64,000 nucleotides of DNA from an uncultured Candidatus Saccharibacteria bacterium (GTDB lineage Bacteria > Patescibacteriota > Minisyncoccia > Phycocordibacterales > UBA6065): the NCBI GenBank assembly GCA_964495425.1, contig CAZBVG010000001.1, positions 20,054 through 84,053 on the forward strand, read 5' to 3'. The translations under genes were made by a program, and so were the position numbers. Numbering within the stretch: the first letter of the stretch is position 1; each line of letters opens with the position of its first letter. The notes under the pieces are model-generated. The model was not told where the DNA came from, searched no databases, and saw nothing but the letters and a program-made list of their open reading frames with translations. Shown here in pieces: positions 9,035 through 19,659 of the stretch.

Positions 9035-10486
9035 TTACTTCTCCAAATCAAGTACTTCATCAATACGAATCTGAGACACAAACTCTGGCACGTGAGAAAC
9101 AAGAATCATTGCACCTTCATATTCATCGAGAGCCTTAGCAATCACCGGAAGATGACGGAAATTTATATGGTTTGTTGGCTCATCGAGGATAAGGAGGCCT
9201 GGTTTTTGAAGCACAAGTCGTGCAAACGCCACGAGACCCTTCTGTCCTTCTGAGAGAGCACCAATTTTTGTGTCCATCATGTCTGCATGAATAAGAAATC
9301 CAGCTGCCGTAGCACGAATATGCTGCTCTATATGAGTCGCCGATGCTGAAAGAAGCGATTCATAAACAGTATCCTCAAAATTGAGTGTAGAAAAATCCTG
9401 TCGATAATATCCGACACGTATGCCTTCTGAAATAACCGCGCCGTCAGATTTACCTGAAGCAAGTTCCTCAAGAAGAGTTGATTTACCAATTCCGTTAGGA
9501 CCCTGGAGAAGCAGATGCTGTCTGCGCTTGAGTTTGATACTTGCTGTTCGTTTTACCGCCTTATGATTTTTAATTACCTTGTACGAAGAAATATGTAAAA
9601 TGACACCCGTAAAGTCCGGTTGAGATGGAATAGTAAATGGTTTAATTGTTTTATCCTCTTTTCGAACTTCAACTATTTCTTCCTCGAGTTCCTCCGCCTT
9701 TTCACGCATACGTTTTGCTACAAGTCGCATCTGACCACCTTTGTTAGCGAACGTGTTAGCCTGATCCTTCTTCGCTTGAATTTCTTTTGCCAAAAGAGCG
9801 TTGGCTCTATTTTCTTTTTCAACGCGCGCAGTAATATCTTTAAGCACATCAAGATAGTCACCAACATACTGTTCGATCTTTCGAGTATGAACGTCGAGGT
9901 ACAACACGCCGTCTGTAAATGAATTCAAAAATTCAGCATCGTGAGAAATAACAATCACCGTCTTTTTGTAATTTTTAAGAAAGTCAGTGAGATGTGCGAT
10001 GCCCGCTTTATCTAAATTGTTCGTTGGCTCATCGAGAAGCAAGATGTCTGGATCTTGAATAAGAGCTGAAGCCAAAAGCAGTCTCGCCTGCTGACCTCCC
10101 GAGAATGACTTTACAATACGATCCTTGGGTGCATGAAAATTAACCACCTCAAGTACCGCATCAATGCGGGGATCGATGTCGTAGACTTTTTCTTTAAAAC
10201 ACTTTTGGAAAAAATCTCGAACCGTAAGTTCAAGCTCCGGTCGTGGAATCACCTGTCGCGAAATGGCAATAGATAATCCGTTAGCGATATGTATCTTTCC
10301 TGATTCAGGTTTGAGGTGTTTAGTAATGAGCTGGAAGATTGTTGACTTGCCAGCACCGTTTTGACCCATGATCGTGATCTTAGAGCCTCGACGTATCGAA
10401 AAGTCCACCTCGTCGAGGATGGGCTTATTGTGTCCATATTCAAATGACACTTCGTCGAATCTTAAAACTACATCTGCACCTGCCAT
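9035..10486 (-). CDS. ABC-F family ATPase
   Basis: Two ABC cassettes (GQNGAGKS/GPNGIGKS, LLDEPTN), helical linker, no TM segments. Confidence 0.9.
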   Translation of the reverse strand: MAGADVVLRFDEVSFEYGHNKPILDEVDFSIRRGSKITIMGQNGAGKSTIFQLITKHLKPESGKIHIANGLSIAISRQVIPRPELELTVRDFFQKCFKEKVYDIDPRIDAVLEVVNFHAPKDRIVKSFSGGQQARLLLASALIQDPDILLLDEPTNNLDKAGIAHLTDFLKNYKKTVIVISHDAEFLNSFTDGVLYLDVHTRKIEQYVGDYLDVLKDITARVEKENRANALLAKEIQAKKDQANTFANKGGQMRLVAKRMREKAEELEEEIVEVRKEDKTIKPFTIPSQPDFTGVILHISSYKVIKNHKAVKRTASIKLKRRQHLLLQGPNGIGKSTLLEELASGKSDGAVISEGIRVGYYRQDFSTLNFEDTVYESLLSASATHIEQHIRATAAGFLIHADMMDTKIGALSEGQKGLVAFARLVLQKPGLLILDEPTNHINFRHLPVIAKALDEYEGAMILVSHVPEFVSQIRIDEVLDLEK

Positions 10487-10504
10487 AAATTGTATGAAGA
10501 GATA

Positions 10505-11917
10505 TTATCTCACACCCTTTCGAAATACTCTTCGGTAACCGCCACCTAGTGACTTAGATTTTGAAACATCAGTCTTGAGTGGTCGTGCAAACTTGCCGCC
10601 ACCACCAAAGCTTTTGCGTGGAGCGCCTCCCTTGTACGGCTGATTCGTATGAACCTTGAATGCACCTGGAGGACCAAATCGTCGTGGGCCAAAACCTCGT
10701 CCGCCACCACCTCGTCCTCGATATCCGCCGCGGAATGATCGTGGACCTGTGCCTGAGCCCATTGCAGCACCTTCATGACTCTTGGTTGGGATTTCTTTTT
10801 TGATGAGGCGTTCGATATCCATAATTTCTCGCTTCTGATCAGGTGTAGCAAATGACACCGCTTTTCCTTCTTTGCCGGCGCGACCAGTTCGACCAATTCG
10901 GTGAACATAATCCGCGGTCTGCTCGGGAAGATCATAGTTAACAACAAGCTGAATATCCTTCACATCAATACCCCGAGCAGCGATATCTGTTGCCACGAGC
11001 ACCTGGAAGACATGTTTCTTGAAACCATCGAGAGCCTGTCGTCTCTGACCGAGAGATCGGTTTGAATGAATTTCTGTTGCGGTAATGCCGATCTTTTTAA
11101 GATCCTCAGAAATTTCACCTGCGGCGTGCTTGGTTCGAGTAAATACGAGCACAGGCTGACCTGGATGTTCACCAATGAGTTTCACAAGCAAATTAAATTT
11201 AGATTTTCGTTCTACAACGATAATTTCCTGATCAACATTTTTGTTTGCAGTACCCGCCGGAGCAACTTCTATTCGAAGTGGAAGCTGCATGTGCTCGACC
11301 GCAAGCTTTGCGATCGGTTCAGGCATAGTCGCTGAGAAAAGCATCGTCTGTCGAGTCTTTGGAACTTTCTTAACAATTTCTTTAATTTGCGGAGCAAAAC
11401 CGATATCAAACATGTGATCAGCTTCATCAAGCACGAGCATAGAAACACGATCAAGGGAAAGTGTTCCCTGCTTTAGGTGGTCAATAAGGCGTCCTGGAGT
11501 AGCAATCACCACGTTTGGACCACGTCGCAAATCACGAACCTGGCGACCCATAGAGTCACCACCGATAAGAACAGCAGTGTAAACTCCTACCGTCGAACCA
11601 ATTTTATTGATTGTCTCTGCAACCTGAAGCGCTAGCTCACGGGTAGGCAAAAGAATGAGACCGCGAGTCTTTGAGTCATTTATGATGTGTTCAATCATAG
11701 GAATACCGAACCCGAGCGTCTTACCCGTTCCGGTCTGAGCAATACCAATAATATCTTTTCCTTCAATACCAGCTGGAATCACTTTCGACTGAATTGGTGT
11801 AGGTGTGACAAAACCGTTCTTATCTAAAATAGATAGAACTCGTTCGCTGATATTTAAATCTTTAAATGAAGAAATAGCCTCATGAGAAGCGATTTCCGCT
11901 GTTTTTGTTGATGTCAT
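10505..11917 (-). CDS. DEAD/DEAH-box RNA helicase (RhlE-like) with RGG tail
   Basis: AQTGTGKT, PTRELA, DEAD, SAT, HRIGRTGR. Confidence 0.95.
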   Translation of the reverse strand: MTSTKTAEIASHEAISSFKDLNISERVLSILDKNGFVTPTPIQSKVIPAGIEGKDIIGIAQTGTGKTLGFGIPMIEHIINDSKTRGLILLPTRELALQVAETINKIGSTVGVYTAVLIGGDSMGRQVRDLRRGPNVVIATPGRLIDHLKQGTLSLDRVSMLVLDEADHMFDIGFAPQIKEIVKKVPKTRQTMLFSATMPEPIAKLAVEHMQLPLRIEVAPAGTANKNVDQEIIVVERKSKFNLLVKLIGEHPGQPVLVFTRTKHAAGEISEDLKKIGITATEIHSNRSLGQRRQALDGFKKHVFQVLVATDIAARGIDVKDIQLVVNYDLPEQTADYVHRIGRTGRAGKEGKAVSFATPDQKREIMDIERLIKKEIPTKSHEGAAMGSGTGPRSFRGGYRGRGGGGRGFGPRRFGPPGAFKVHTNQPYKGGAPRKSFGGGGKFARPLKTDVSKSKSLGGGYRRVFRKGVR

Positions 11918-12119
11918 ATATTGATGTGACCCGAGTCTTTAGGTCACATACATGACAAGATTCAGAGCACGTTTTCTCCTAGTAATGAGGAGAAGTTAGT
12001 TGTGCATGGATAATAGCAGGTTTTAGATCGAATGTCAAAGATAGAAACTTATCCCCTTTTAACCAGTAATTCACATCAAATTTAGCCTTTCTTTATCTCC
12101 ATTCTGCTATTCTGAAGAC

Positions 12120-12665
12120 ATGACACGGTTTGGGAAAAATATAGTCTGGATTTGCGTCGCTTTGGTAGCGATTGGGTTTTCGTTTGTGTTATACCCGAGA
12201 AAAACGATAGAAAAGCCGCTACCTTCGCTCAATACAGACACAATGATCATCCCACCCTTTCCAATTGTTGAGACCTACGACAATTCAGTTGTGCCCAAGG
12301 AACCAGAAGTCGTTTACACACCATACACAGTGACAGGATATTATACGCAATATGATCGTATAAATATATATGATGGTGAATTTTATGGCACAAGTACCTG
12401 CGATGCATTTATTGCCACAAAAAATGATAATCCGCTTACAGAATATCTGGCTGGCTTAATTCGTGGTCAAAATACCATAAACTCATTTACCAAAGAGGGT
12501 TATATCCGAATAAATATCAATCTTACCGACCTCAGCGATGCGATTCGAAAAAAAATAACTAATTCGTCAGCAACAAATACAATTAAAATTGTAATGTCTG
12601 AAAGAACTACAGAAGGCAAAGACGGTATTCCTTGTGGGTCGTTCGTCAAAATACTTGAAAAATAA
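12120..12665 (+). CDS. membrane-anchored hypothetical protein
   Basis: N-terminal TM; TGCTATTCT -10 element 6 nt before ATG. Confidence 0.65.
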   Translation: MTRFGKNIVWICVALVAIGFSFVLYPRKTIEKPLPSLNTDTMIIPPFPIVETYDNSVVPKEPEVVYTPYTVTGYYTQYDRINIYDGEFYGTSTCDAFIATKNDNPLTEYLAGLIRGQNTINSFTKEGYIRININLTDLSDAIRKKITNSSATNTIKIVMSERTTEGKDGIPCGSFVKILEK

Positions 12666-12695
12666 AAGTTGTTCCTTTCGGAACAACTTGTTTGT

Positions 12696-13844
12696 TTAGG
12701 GAGTATTAGTCGAAGTGTAGTACGAGTTAATAGTCCTATTGCCTGCCGCATCGATCTCTGTTTGAAAATTCTTCATCGTCCAACCCTCGAGCTTTACGAA
12801 TGAGAGTTCATTCACAGAAGATGCACCAGATCCGTTATAACGAACACCGAAGTGAAGATGCACCGCCTTATTCAACACCTCACCGGTATTTCCCATATAC
12901 CCAAGTAACTGTCCCTGAGCGACGTGCTGCCCGACATTTACAATCGGTAAACTCTGGAAATGCAGATACCGAGTCGTAAACCCTGTATTTTCATTCCCAT
13001 CATAATCATGATCAATAACAACATGATTGCCGTTGAACTGATTATACGTAGCAGTAGTAACTCTTCCTGCTGCGGCTGCATAAATCGGAATCGGCCCATA
13101 GTATTCCGGGATACTTTTTGTTGAGAAATCGAGGGAAAAATAATTTATCCCCGAATGGGAACTCAAAATCTGTCCCGGATTTTGGGCGTCACCACTACCG
13201 ATTTCGGTTGTCACCATCCATTTTCTATTACCCGGTAGAGGTAGTTTGAAATTGGGCGGTGTAACTGTTTCATCATATGTGATCTGCAAATACGGCCGAT
13301 AACCTTTTGTCTCATAATCTGAGCTCAAAAAAGTATTGAACCGATTATTAGTCGCCGTAGGAAGAAACATCAAACCTTGATTGGTTGAAGGATTTGCTTT
13401 CCAGGCGTTATAAACCGAGGTAATGACGGTTCCTTGCCACATGTAGTTTGAAGGAGCCGGCATCGTACCGAGTGAATATCCTGTCCATGTGGTGTTTTTC
13501 CAGCCAGAATTTTCGTCCCAGTTGTTCGTAAGACGCCAAACACTCATTGGCACAGTCGTCGAGCCGTCATTTGCAGGATATGGATACATGGCCAAAACAA
13601 CCTGCGTAGCATTCTGCGGCAAGCCTTCAAGATCAAACTTGATCGCGGAATTGTATTGATCGCCCCAACCACCGACACGCAAACGACCATCATTTACACC
13701 ATAATCATCGTTATAGCTATAGTAATTGGTGATCCAGACATCCTTTCCCTTGAAAGGACTCGGTTGATAGAAAAGCGTTGCGGCAAAAGACTGCAACGCT
13801 GACACTACAAAGGCCAAAAACAGCCTGAGATACTGAGCATTCAT
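12696..13844 (-). CDS. secreted M23 peptidase with N-terminal DNRLRE-like domain
   Basis: Signal peptide; KDVWI..IKFDL..W.E..RPYL.ITY pattern; M23 motifs GNHVVIDH, TRYLH, GYMGNTG, HLHF. Confidence 0.85.
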   Translation of the reverse strand: MNAQYLRLFLAFVVSALQSFAATLFYQPSPFKGKDVWITNYYSYNDDYGVNDGRLRVGGWGDQYNSAIKFDLEGLPQNATQVVLAMYPYPANDGSTTVPMSVWRLTNNWDENSGWKNTTWTGYSLGTMPAPSNYMWQGTVITSVYNAWKANPSTNQGLMFLPTATNNRFNTFLSSDYETKGYRPYLQITYDETVTPPNFKLPLPGNRKWMVTTEIGSGDAQNPGQILSSHSGINYFSLDFSTKSIPEYYGPIPIYAAAAGRVTTATYNQFNGNHVVIDHDYDGNENTGFTTRYLHFQSLPIVNVGQHVAQGQLLGYMGNTGEVLNKAVHLHFGVRYNGSGASSVNELSFVKLEGWTMKNFQTEIDAAGNRTINSYYTSTNTP

Positions 13845-13940
13845 ATGTTTGTTGTAAAGAACAAGGCGGAATTGCCTGTCCGCAACCAGAATAAAAAATG
13901 CGTCTAAAGAAATTTAAAAGAAAAGCTGAAGAAAAAATAA

Positions 13941-13966
13941 AAAACACCGTTGTGAGACGGTGTTTT
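13941..13966 (-). terminator. intrinsic terminator
   Basis: AAAACACCGT-tgtgag-ACGGTGTTTT downstream of 13978..14580. Confidence 0.65.
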
Positions 13967-13977
13967 CAAGTGGTCAA

Positions 13978-14580
13978 TTACAATGTTCCCTCAAATGGAT
14001 TTTCTGTACACACTTTTTGCAAATATGTTGTTCCATTATCTTCCGTAAGCTCATAGTATTCACGCGGGAGTCGTGACCACGTCATCGCAATTTCAAGTGG
14101 CGTCATATCAGTTTCATCAAATTTTGGAAAACTCTCCTTTGGATTCGTAATCAAGATTCGATTGTTTGGATAATACTTGATCCCCATCTCTGTAATAAGA
14201 CCAAAAGAAATCACATCGCCTGACTTTACATCAACGACGGCATGCTCCTGACATCCTGAACCACACCCCCATGTAGCAACCGTGTAATGTCCTGCAAAAT
14301 TTGGTCCTTGCGCAACTGCTTCGGTAATTTTTGTCCGAAACATCCGCGCGTCAGGAAAATTGCCATCAAACCTTACTGGTGCACGAGGCCCATCATAAAT
14401 CGTAGATACATCATACGAGGTATGAAGCACATTCATTCTCTCAAAAAGAACCTTCTCGCATGTTGTAAGCGTATTTGTGGTAACAGGTATCTCCTTGTCC
14501 TGAATCAAATACACAATGCCGAATATAATAAGAAACGGTACGAGTATCGCAAAAGTCTGGGAAAGGGTTTTATTTTTCAC
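13978..14580 (-). CDS. membrane-anchored hypothetical protein
   Basis: N-terminal TM; GPNFAGHYTVATWGCGSGC conserved motif. Confidence 0.78.
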   Translation of the reverse strand: MKNKTLSQTFAILVPFLIIFGIVYLIQDKEIPVTTNTLTTCEKVLFERMNVLHTSYDVSTIYDGPRAPVRFDGNFPDARMFRTKITEAVAQGPNFAGHYTVATWGCGSGCQEHAVVDVKSGDVISFGLITEMGIKYYPNNRILITNPKESFPKFDETDMTPLEIAMTWSRLPREYYELTEDNGTTYLQKVCTENPFEGTL

Positions 14581-14589
14581 ACAGAGATT

Positions 14590-16257
14590 CTACTTTTCTT
14601 TTCCCACTGGGGCAAATCCCAATATTGCCCGCGCCAAACGTATGTGTAAAAAAGAAACATTGGCACCCACCTTACTTTTAATGGGTGAAAGCATAATTTC
14701 ATCTGAATCTTCAGACAATTCTTTAATCGCCTTTTCGATTTTTTTCCAGTGTGTTGGACTCATCTCAAACTTTAGATACCCGATATCAATAGGCACATGC
14801 ATCTCAAGGAGCTTTTCTATATGAGACACAATAGTTTCTGTGGTAACCCCTCTCTCTTTAGCCATTTCATTCAAACTTTTCTTTTCTTCTATAAGCTCCC
14901 GAGTTTCATCAAATGTCGAAAGTTTCTTTTCGCGCGGAAGCGGTTTTATGAGCTTGAGAAATTCCTCCTGCTCTTTTTTGAGATCTTTCGGCTTGGTTTC
15001 CTCCAAATCGGACTCCGCCTCAGCCGACAGTGTCTGAAGTTCTGCATCAAATTCAAGCACCTCATTATGAACAGAAAGCGCCTTTTCATTTATTCCTAAA
15101 ATCGTAAGTCCATCGAGTGTCCGCACGCGAGAGAGCGCCACATACCCCATCCCTGGCTCAAAAGATTTTGAAAGATCGACTTCAACAGCATCAAGCGACA
15201 TTCCCTGACTTTTATGGACCGTAATCGCCCAGGCTAATCGCAAAGGATACTGCGATAGTTCCGCTTTAACCTTACCTTCCTCTTCAATTTTCCAAGACGC
15301 CCGCTCAATTTTTATAACTTTGCCTGTCGCGGTGCGAATTACCGGATCTTGATTTTCTTTGCATGAAATAACTATGCCAAGCGTGCCGTTTACATACCCC
15401 TCATCAAAATTATTTTTTACACACATTACCCGAGCACCAACCTTAAGTCGCAACACCTCCGGCGCCAAACAAGATTTTTTAAGCGTGGCAACGAGCGGCT
15501 CTCGCCCTTTCGTATCCATGTAATAATCCGTCTCTTCATCGCTTTTGAGATTATTAAGTTCCGTCTCGTTGAGTGAATCAACATCTGCGTTATGCGTAAA
15601 TAGCCTCGTTGGCTCGAAATCTGTTGTCCGAATGTTATAACGGGACTGAAGCAAATCACGAGTCCCGTCGGAAACATCTCCCTTTCTGATTTCATTTAAT
15701 ATCGAAAGTACTGAATCGTCTTTTTGGCGATGTTGTTCAGATAAATAACAGATTGTGAACCGCGCCTCCTTCCATGATTCCGAGTTGTAAATAAAATGGG
15801 TTTCTGGTTCACCTAGTCTCGATACAGGAGGTAGTTGGAAAAAATCTCCACACAAAACCACCTGTACTCCACCAAATGGTTTTGCATTGCCCTTCATATG
15901 TTGAAGAACCTTATTTACCAAATCAAATCTAAAGTGATGAAGCATAGAAACTTCATCGATAATTAAAACCTTCACCCGGTCGAATCGCTTGGTGAGATAT
16001 GTTTTCTCAAACATCGATTCAAGATCTCCCTGTGTAAGAGATGCAGCGATCCCTATTCCCGCCCACGAATGAATTGTCATACCACTCATATGAGTCGCAG
16101 CGATTCCCGTAGACGCAGTAATACCCACATCAATATGATGTTCGCTCAGATATTTGATGTATGTATTAACTAAATGAGTTTTACCAGAACCTGCAGGTCC
16201 CGTCACAAAGACATTCCTTCCCGTTTTTAGTATTTCGAGCGCCTGTTTCTGGGTCAT
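14590..16257 (-). CDS. PIF1-family helicase with C-terminal helix-turn-helix
   Basis: TGPAGSGKT, IIDEVSM, GDFFQLPPV, AWAITVHKSQG, YVALSR. Confidence 0.92.
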   Translation of the reverse strand: MTQKQALEILKTGRNVFVTGPAGSGKTHLVNTYIKYLSEHHIDVGITASTGIAATHMSGMTIHSWAGIGIAASLTQGDLESMFEKTYLTKRFDRVKVLIIDEVSMLHHFRFDLVNKVLQHMKGNAKPFGGVQVVLCGDFFQLPPVSRLGEPETHFIYNSESWKEARFTICYLSEQHRQKDDSVLSILNEIRKGDVSDGTRDLLQSRYNIRTTDFEPTRLFTHNADVDSLNETELNNLKSDEETDYYMDTKGREPLVATLKKSCLAPEVLRLKVGARVMCVKNNFDEGYVNGTLGIVISCKENQDPVIRTATGKVIKIERASWKIEEEGKVKAELSQYPLRLAWAITVHKSQGMSLDAVEVDLSKSFEPGMGYVALSRVRTLDGLTILGINEKALSVHNEVLEFDAELQTLSAEAESDLEETKPKDLKKEQEEFLKLIKPLPREKKLSTFDETRELIEEKKSLNEMAKERGVTTETIVSHIEKLLEMHVPIDIGYLKFEMSPTHWKKIEKAIKELSEDSDEIMLSPIKSKVGANVSFLHIRLARAILGFAPVGKEK

Positions 16258-16314
16258 AAGTCACCAGATTCTATCACGCCAAAGATAAAATTATTTTGAA
16301 ACCCACTTCACCAA

Positions 16315-16803
16315 CTAAGCTTCATCGTATGCCTTCTTAAGTTTTGCTACATCAAGCTTACTCATTTCAAGCATTGCTTTCATGGCAGCTCTACTTTTTT
16401 TAGTATCATTACCATTAAGGAGCTCGTTTAAAATCGATGGGACCACCTGCCAAGACACACCGAATTTATCTTTAAGCCAACCACACTGACTTGGTTCTCC
16501 CCCTCCCGCAATGAGATTATCCCAGAAATAGTCAACCTCTTTTTGATCTTTACAATCAATCATAAAAGAAATCGACTCATTAAATTTAAAAAGTGGACCG
16601 CCGTTGAGAGCGAGAAATTCCCTTCCTTCGATTTCAAATAACACAGTCATAACCTGCCCCTTCTTTTGACCAGAAACAGCCGCGCTGCTCTCATCATAAG
16701 TTGTCGTCGCTTTTATTTTTGAATTCTTAAAGAGCGATGTGTAGAACTTCGCAGCTTCCTCTGCCTTACCATCAAACCACAGACATGTAGATATTTTTTG
16801 CAT
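16315..16803 (-). CDS. VOC family protein (PhnB/3-dmu-9_3-mt-like)
   Basis: ALNGGP.FKFNE, CGWLKDKFGVSWQ. Confidence 0.9.
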   Translation of the reverse strand: MQKISTCLWFDGKAEEAAKFYTSLFKNSKIKATTTYDESSAAVSGQKKGQVMTVLFEIEGREFLALNGGPLFKFNESISFMIDCKDQKEVDYFWDNLIAGGGEPSQCGWLKDKFGVSWQVVPSILNELLNGNDTKKSRAAMKAMLEMSKLDVAKLKKAYDEA

Positions 16804-16807
16804 AGAT

Positions 16808-17224
16808 TTATTGGGATTCAACATACTTTTTAAACGCATTCAAAATAGATTGCCAGCCCTGTCTCTGCATTTCAACCGGATTTTCATTTTCAGTTTCAAA
16901 TGTCACCGTAACCTGTGTATTCTTACCGCTTTTTTCAAAAGAAACCTCAACCGTACGCCCATCACTTATCGTGTAGGCAAGAAACTCATCTTTGACAACT
17001 TCATCAAAGGTTCCGCTAAAATCAAACCCTTGTGAACCATCACGAGATTCCATACGATACGTAAACTTTCCTCCTGGCCGTACGTCATTTTCAGCCTTCG
17101 GTGTATGCCAATCATCAGACGCACTATTCCACACCATAATATCTTTTGGTGTGTTATATGCGTTCCAGACTTTATGCACCGGCGCATGAATTAAGGCTTC
17201 AATTGTTATTGTATTCTGTGGCAT
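16808..17224 (-). CDS. SRPBCC/AHSA1-like protein
   Basis: WNSASDDWH, GFDFSG, QRQGWQSIL. Confidence 0.88.
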   Translation of the reverse strand: MPQNTITIEALIHAPVHKVWNAYNTPKDIMVWNSASDDWHTPKAENDVRPGGKFTYRMESRDGSQGFDFSGTFDEVVKDEFLAYTISDGRTVEVSFEKSGKNTQVTVTFETENENPVEMQRQGWQSILNAFKKYVESQ

Positions 17225-17258
17225 ATGAGATATTACGATATGAAATACATAATGGTTC

Positions 17259-17627
17259 TTACTTCTTTTTTACCTGACGCTTCTCCTCGATCCGATATGT
17301 AATGACCTTCTTAAGTAAATCCAACGGCACCTGTTCACTGAGAGGAATTTTAATTGTACTTTTACCCGATTTATAATCAGCGAGCTCCTTACTAAACTTC
17401 ACAAGCGTCGCAGGATACGGATATACACCAATATGATTGGCATAACCAGCAAAATATAAAAGTATTCCGTTTAATTTAAATGCCGGCATGTTGTAACTGA
17501 TAACCTCCTGAGCCTCGGGAGCAAGCGTGCGCACAAGCTTCCGAATCGCCTGCAATTTTTGAGCAGTCTTCTTTGGAAAGGATGCAATATATTCTTCAAT
17601 TGTTGTAAAGCGTTTTGATGACTTCAT
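17259..17627 (-). CDS. DUF1801/YdhG-family protein
   Basis: EEYIA, E.ISYNMPAF, HIGVYP. Confidence 0.88.
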   Translation of the reverse strand: MKSSKRFTTIEEYIASFPKKTAQKLQAIRKLVRTLAPEAQEVISYNMPAFKLNGILLYFAGYANHIGVYPYPATLVKFSKELADYKSGKSTIKIPLSEQVPLDLLKKVITYRIEEKRQVKKK

Positions 17628-17632
17628 ACCAT

Positions 17633-18037
17633 TTACATATGTGAAATTTCTTCTGCCTGCCTTTTAAGAAATAACTTCCCTCCCAACCACACCGATGGAT
17701 ACGCTAGGACGGCGAGTGCAATCGGATACCAGTGTGCGGAAAGATTCCACCCAACTACAACACCAGCGACTCCCGCAACAGTTCCGATAAGTCCGAGCAC
17801 ATTCACATGTATAGATGGATTCGACGGAGATATTTTTGCGGTCACATATCCACCAACTACTGTATAGAGGGTTCTATATACTAAAGCGAGCACAAGCATC
17901 CAGGGTACAAAAAGCCCTTGATCTGTCGGAGGTGGAAACACACCGACGGCTTCTAATATCCAATCCGTACCCATCGACAAAACTACTACTGTTAAAAAAC
18001 CTAGAAGAACCGCTCCGATGCTTTTTATAATTTGCAT
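17633..18037 (-). CDS. integral membrane protein, hypothetical
   Basis: Four hydrophobic helices; in operon. Confidence 0.75.
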   Translation of the reverse strand: MQIIKSIGAVLLGFLTVVVLSMGTDWILEAVGVFPPPTDQGLFVPWMLVLALVYRTLYTVVGGYVTAKISPSNPSIHVNVLGLIGTVAGVAGVVVGWNLSAHWYPIALAVLAYPSVWLGGKLFLKRQAEEISHM

Positions 18038-18051
18038 CGCTCTATTATAAA

Positions 18052-19170
18052 TTATGCAAAGGTAATAACCACAATCTCACAAACCGTACCAACCCGAATT
18101 GGCGGACCCCATGTTCCTGCCCCGCTCGAAGTGTAAACATACATATCGTGTGATTTGTTAAGCCCATACCCAAATCCTTTATACGCCCAATTAGCAATGA
18201 GACCAAAAGGCCACATCTGCCCTTCATGTGTATGTCCAGAAAGCTGAAACGAAATACCGGCATCTCGAGCCACATCCACATCTTTTGGTTCATGTTTTAA
18301 AAGAATTGACGGCATAGCCGATTGTAATGACATCGATGCCAAAATTTCTCGAAATGCATTTTTATCTGATGAAGTAGAGTAATCAACGCCGATAATTTGC
18401 ATGCCTTCTATTTCAATTTTTTCATCAAGAAGCACTCTGATACGCGCGTCACGCACAGCAACAATAAATGAAGCAGTGTCTCCGTATTCTTCATGATTTC
18501 CGGTTATATAATATGTACCCAGTTTTCCTTGTATCCCTCCAAATATATTCGCAAGTTCCTTGATATCGTGAGCTTCGGCTCCATCAAAAAGATCACCTCC
18601 AATGAATGCAATATCATGCGAGATGCTATTTATTGTACGTACGATCGTACGTGCATATGATGGACCATATATCTGACCAAGATGCACATCACTTACCCAA
18701 ATCGCTTTACGCCCTTTCCAAGCAGATGGTATGTGGGGCAAAGTAACAGATACTTCTGTAACTCGTATGTCTTTTGCATGGAAAATTCCATAGAAACCCA
18801 CCACAATAGACACGACCGCAAGCACCACACCGACTATGTGAGCGAAATCAACATGTATTAAAGCAATAAGTCCATAAGCAGCTGAACTGAAAAATAAATA
18901 GCCCAGGAGACCAAGCCAAACTGAAGACACATAATAGAATACTCGCGTTGCACTGTTATAGAATTTTCTTCCAACAATCATTGCGATAATAAAACTGAGT
19001 GACAAAAGACCAAGAATAGATCCGCACCACATTGCACCAGCCGTTGAATCGATAGCGAGTATTCCAAGAAAGGCATTGTATACAACCAGATTTGCAATAC
19101 CTAAAAATACCACCACTATTCCTATAAATAGCAGCCCTTCCACCAATCCTCTTGATGTGGTTTTTTTCAT
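18052..19170 (-). CDS. membrane-bound metallophosphoesterase
   Basis: SDVH, GGDLFD, GNHE, SGHTH; N-terminal TM helices. Confidence 0.92.
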   Translation of the reverse strand: MKKTTSRGLVEGLLFIGIVVVFLGIANLVVYNAFLGILAIDSTAGAMWCGSILGLLSLSFIIAMIVGRKFYNSATRVFYYVSSVWLGLLGYLFFSSAAYGLIALIHVDFAHIVGVVLAVVSIVVGFYGIFHAKDIRVTEVSVTLPHIPSAWKGRKAIWVSDVHLGQIYGPSYARTIVRTINSISHDIAFIGGDLFDGAEAHDIKELANIFGGIQGKLGTYYITGNHEEYGDTASFIVAVRDARIRVLLDEKIEIEGMQIIGVDYSTSSDKNAFREILASMSLQSAMPSILLKHEPKDVDVARDAGISFQLSGHTHEGQMWPFGLIANWAYKGFGYGLNKSHDMYVYTSSGAGTWGPPIRVGTVCEIVVITFA

Positions 19171-19188
19171 AGCGAAATAGTTGTAACT

Positions 19189-19635
19189 TTATTTTTCAAG
19201 CATTCGCTTGAGTTCACATATAACTGCTTTTTCCCAAAATTTCATTGAATACCATGTAATCAGAGGCGTCGCTACGAGACGAAGCCACTTTTTATGGATA
19301 GAGACTTGGTAGGTATAACTAATCAAAGTCCCCTCTGGATGTTCAGAAAGCAGTAGTTCTTCATGTCCAGAAGTTCCGAATTGATAACTATCATTATCCG
19401 AAATGAATCCTTTATGAGGAAGAATTTCGGTTTTCATCTTCACTTTAAAGTTTCTACCGAGTGACCTTACCGTTGCTTCCATCTCTAACTTATTTCCCTC
19501 CCGCTTACTAACCACAACCCGCTGAGCTACTTTTGGAAAATACTCAGGAAGTCGCTCAAAATCAGTCATTATACGAAACACACTTTCGACAGGCGCTTTG
19601 ATGATCCACTGTTTATAAAGTGTTATTTCTTTCAT
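19189..19635 (-). CDS. SRPBCC/polyketide cyclase-like protein
   Basis: IKAPVESVF..TDFERLPEYFP N-terminal pattern. Confidence 0.75.
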   Translation of the reverse strand: MKEITLYKQWIIKAPVESVFRIMTDFERLPEYFPKVAQRVVVSKREGNKLEMEATVRSLGRNFKVKMKTEILPHKGFISDNDSYQFGTSGHEELLLSEHPEGTLISYTYQVSIHKKWLRLVATPLITWYSMKFWEKAVICELKRMLEK

Positions 19636-19659
19636 TGCTCTTAGATGGCGTTAGAACTT

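Noticed and set aside
11920-12000. Two hairpins in the DEAD-box helicase leader
   Set aside because: Plausible cis-regulation, but no recognisable motif or covariation evidence from a single copy.
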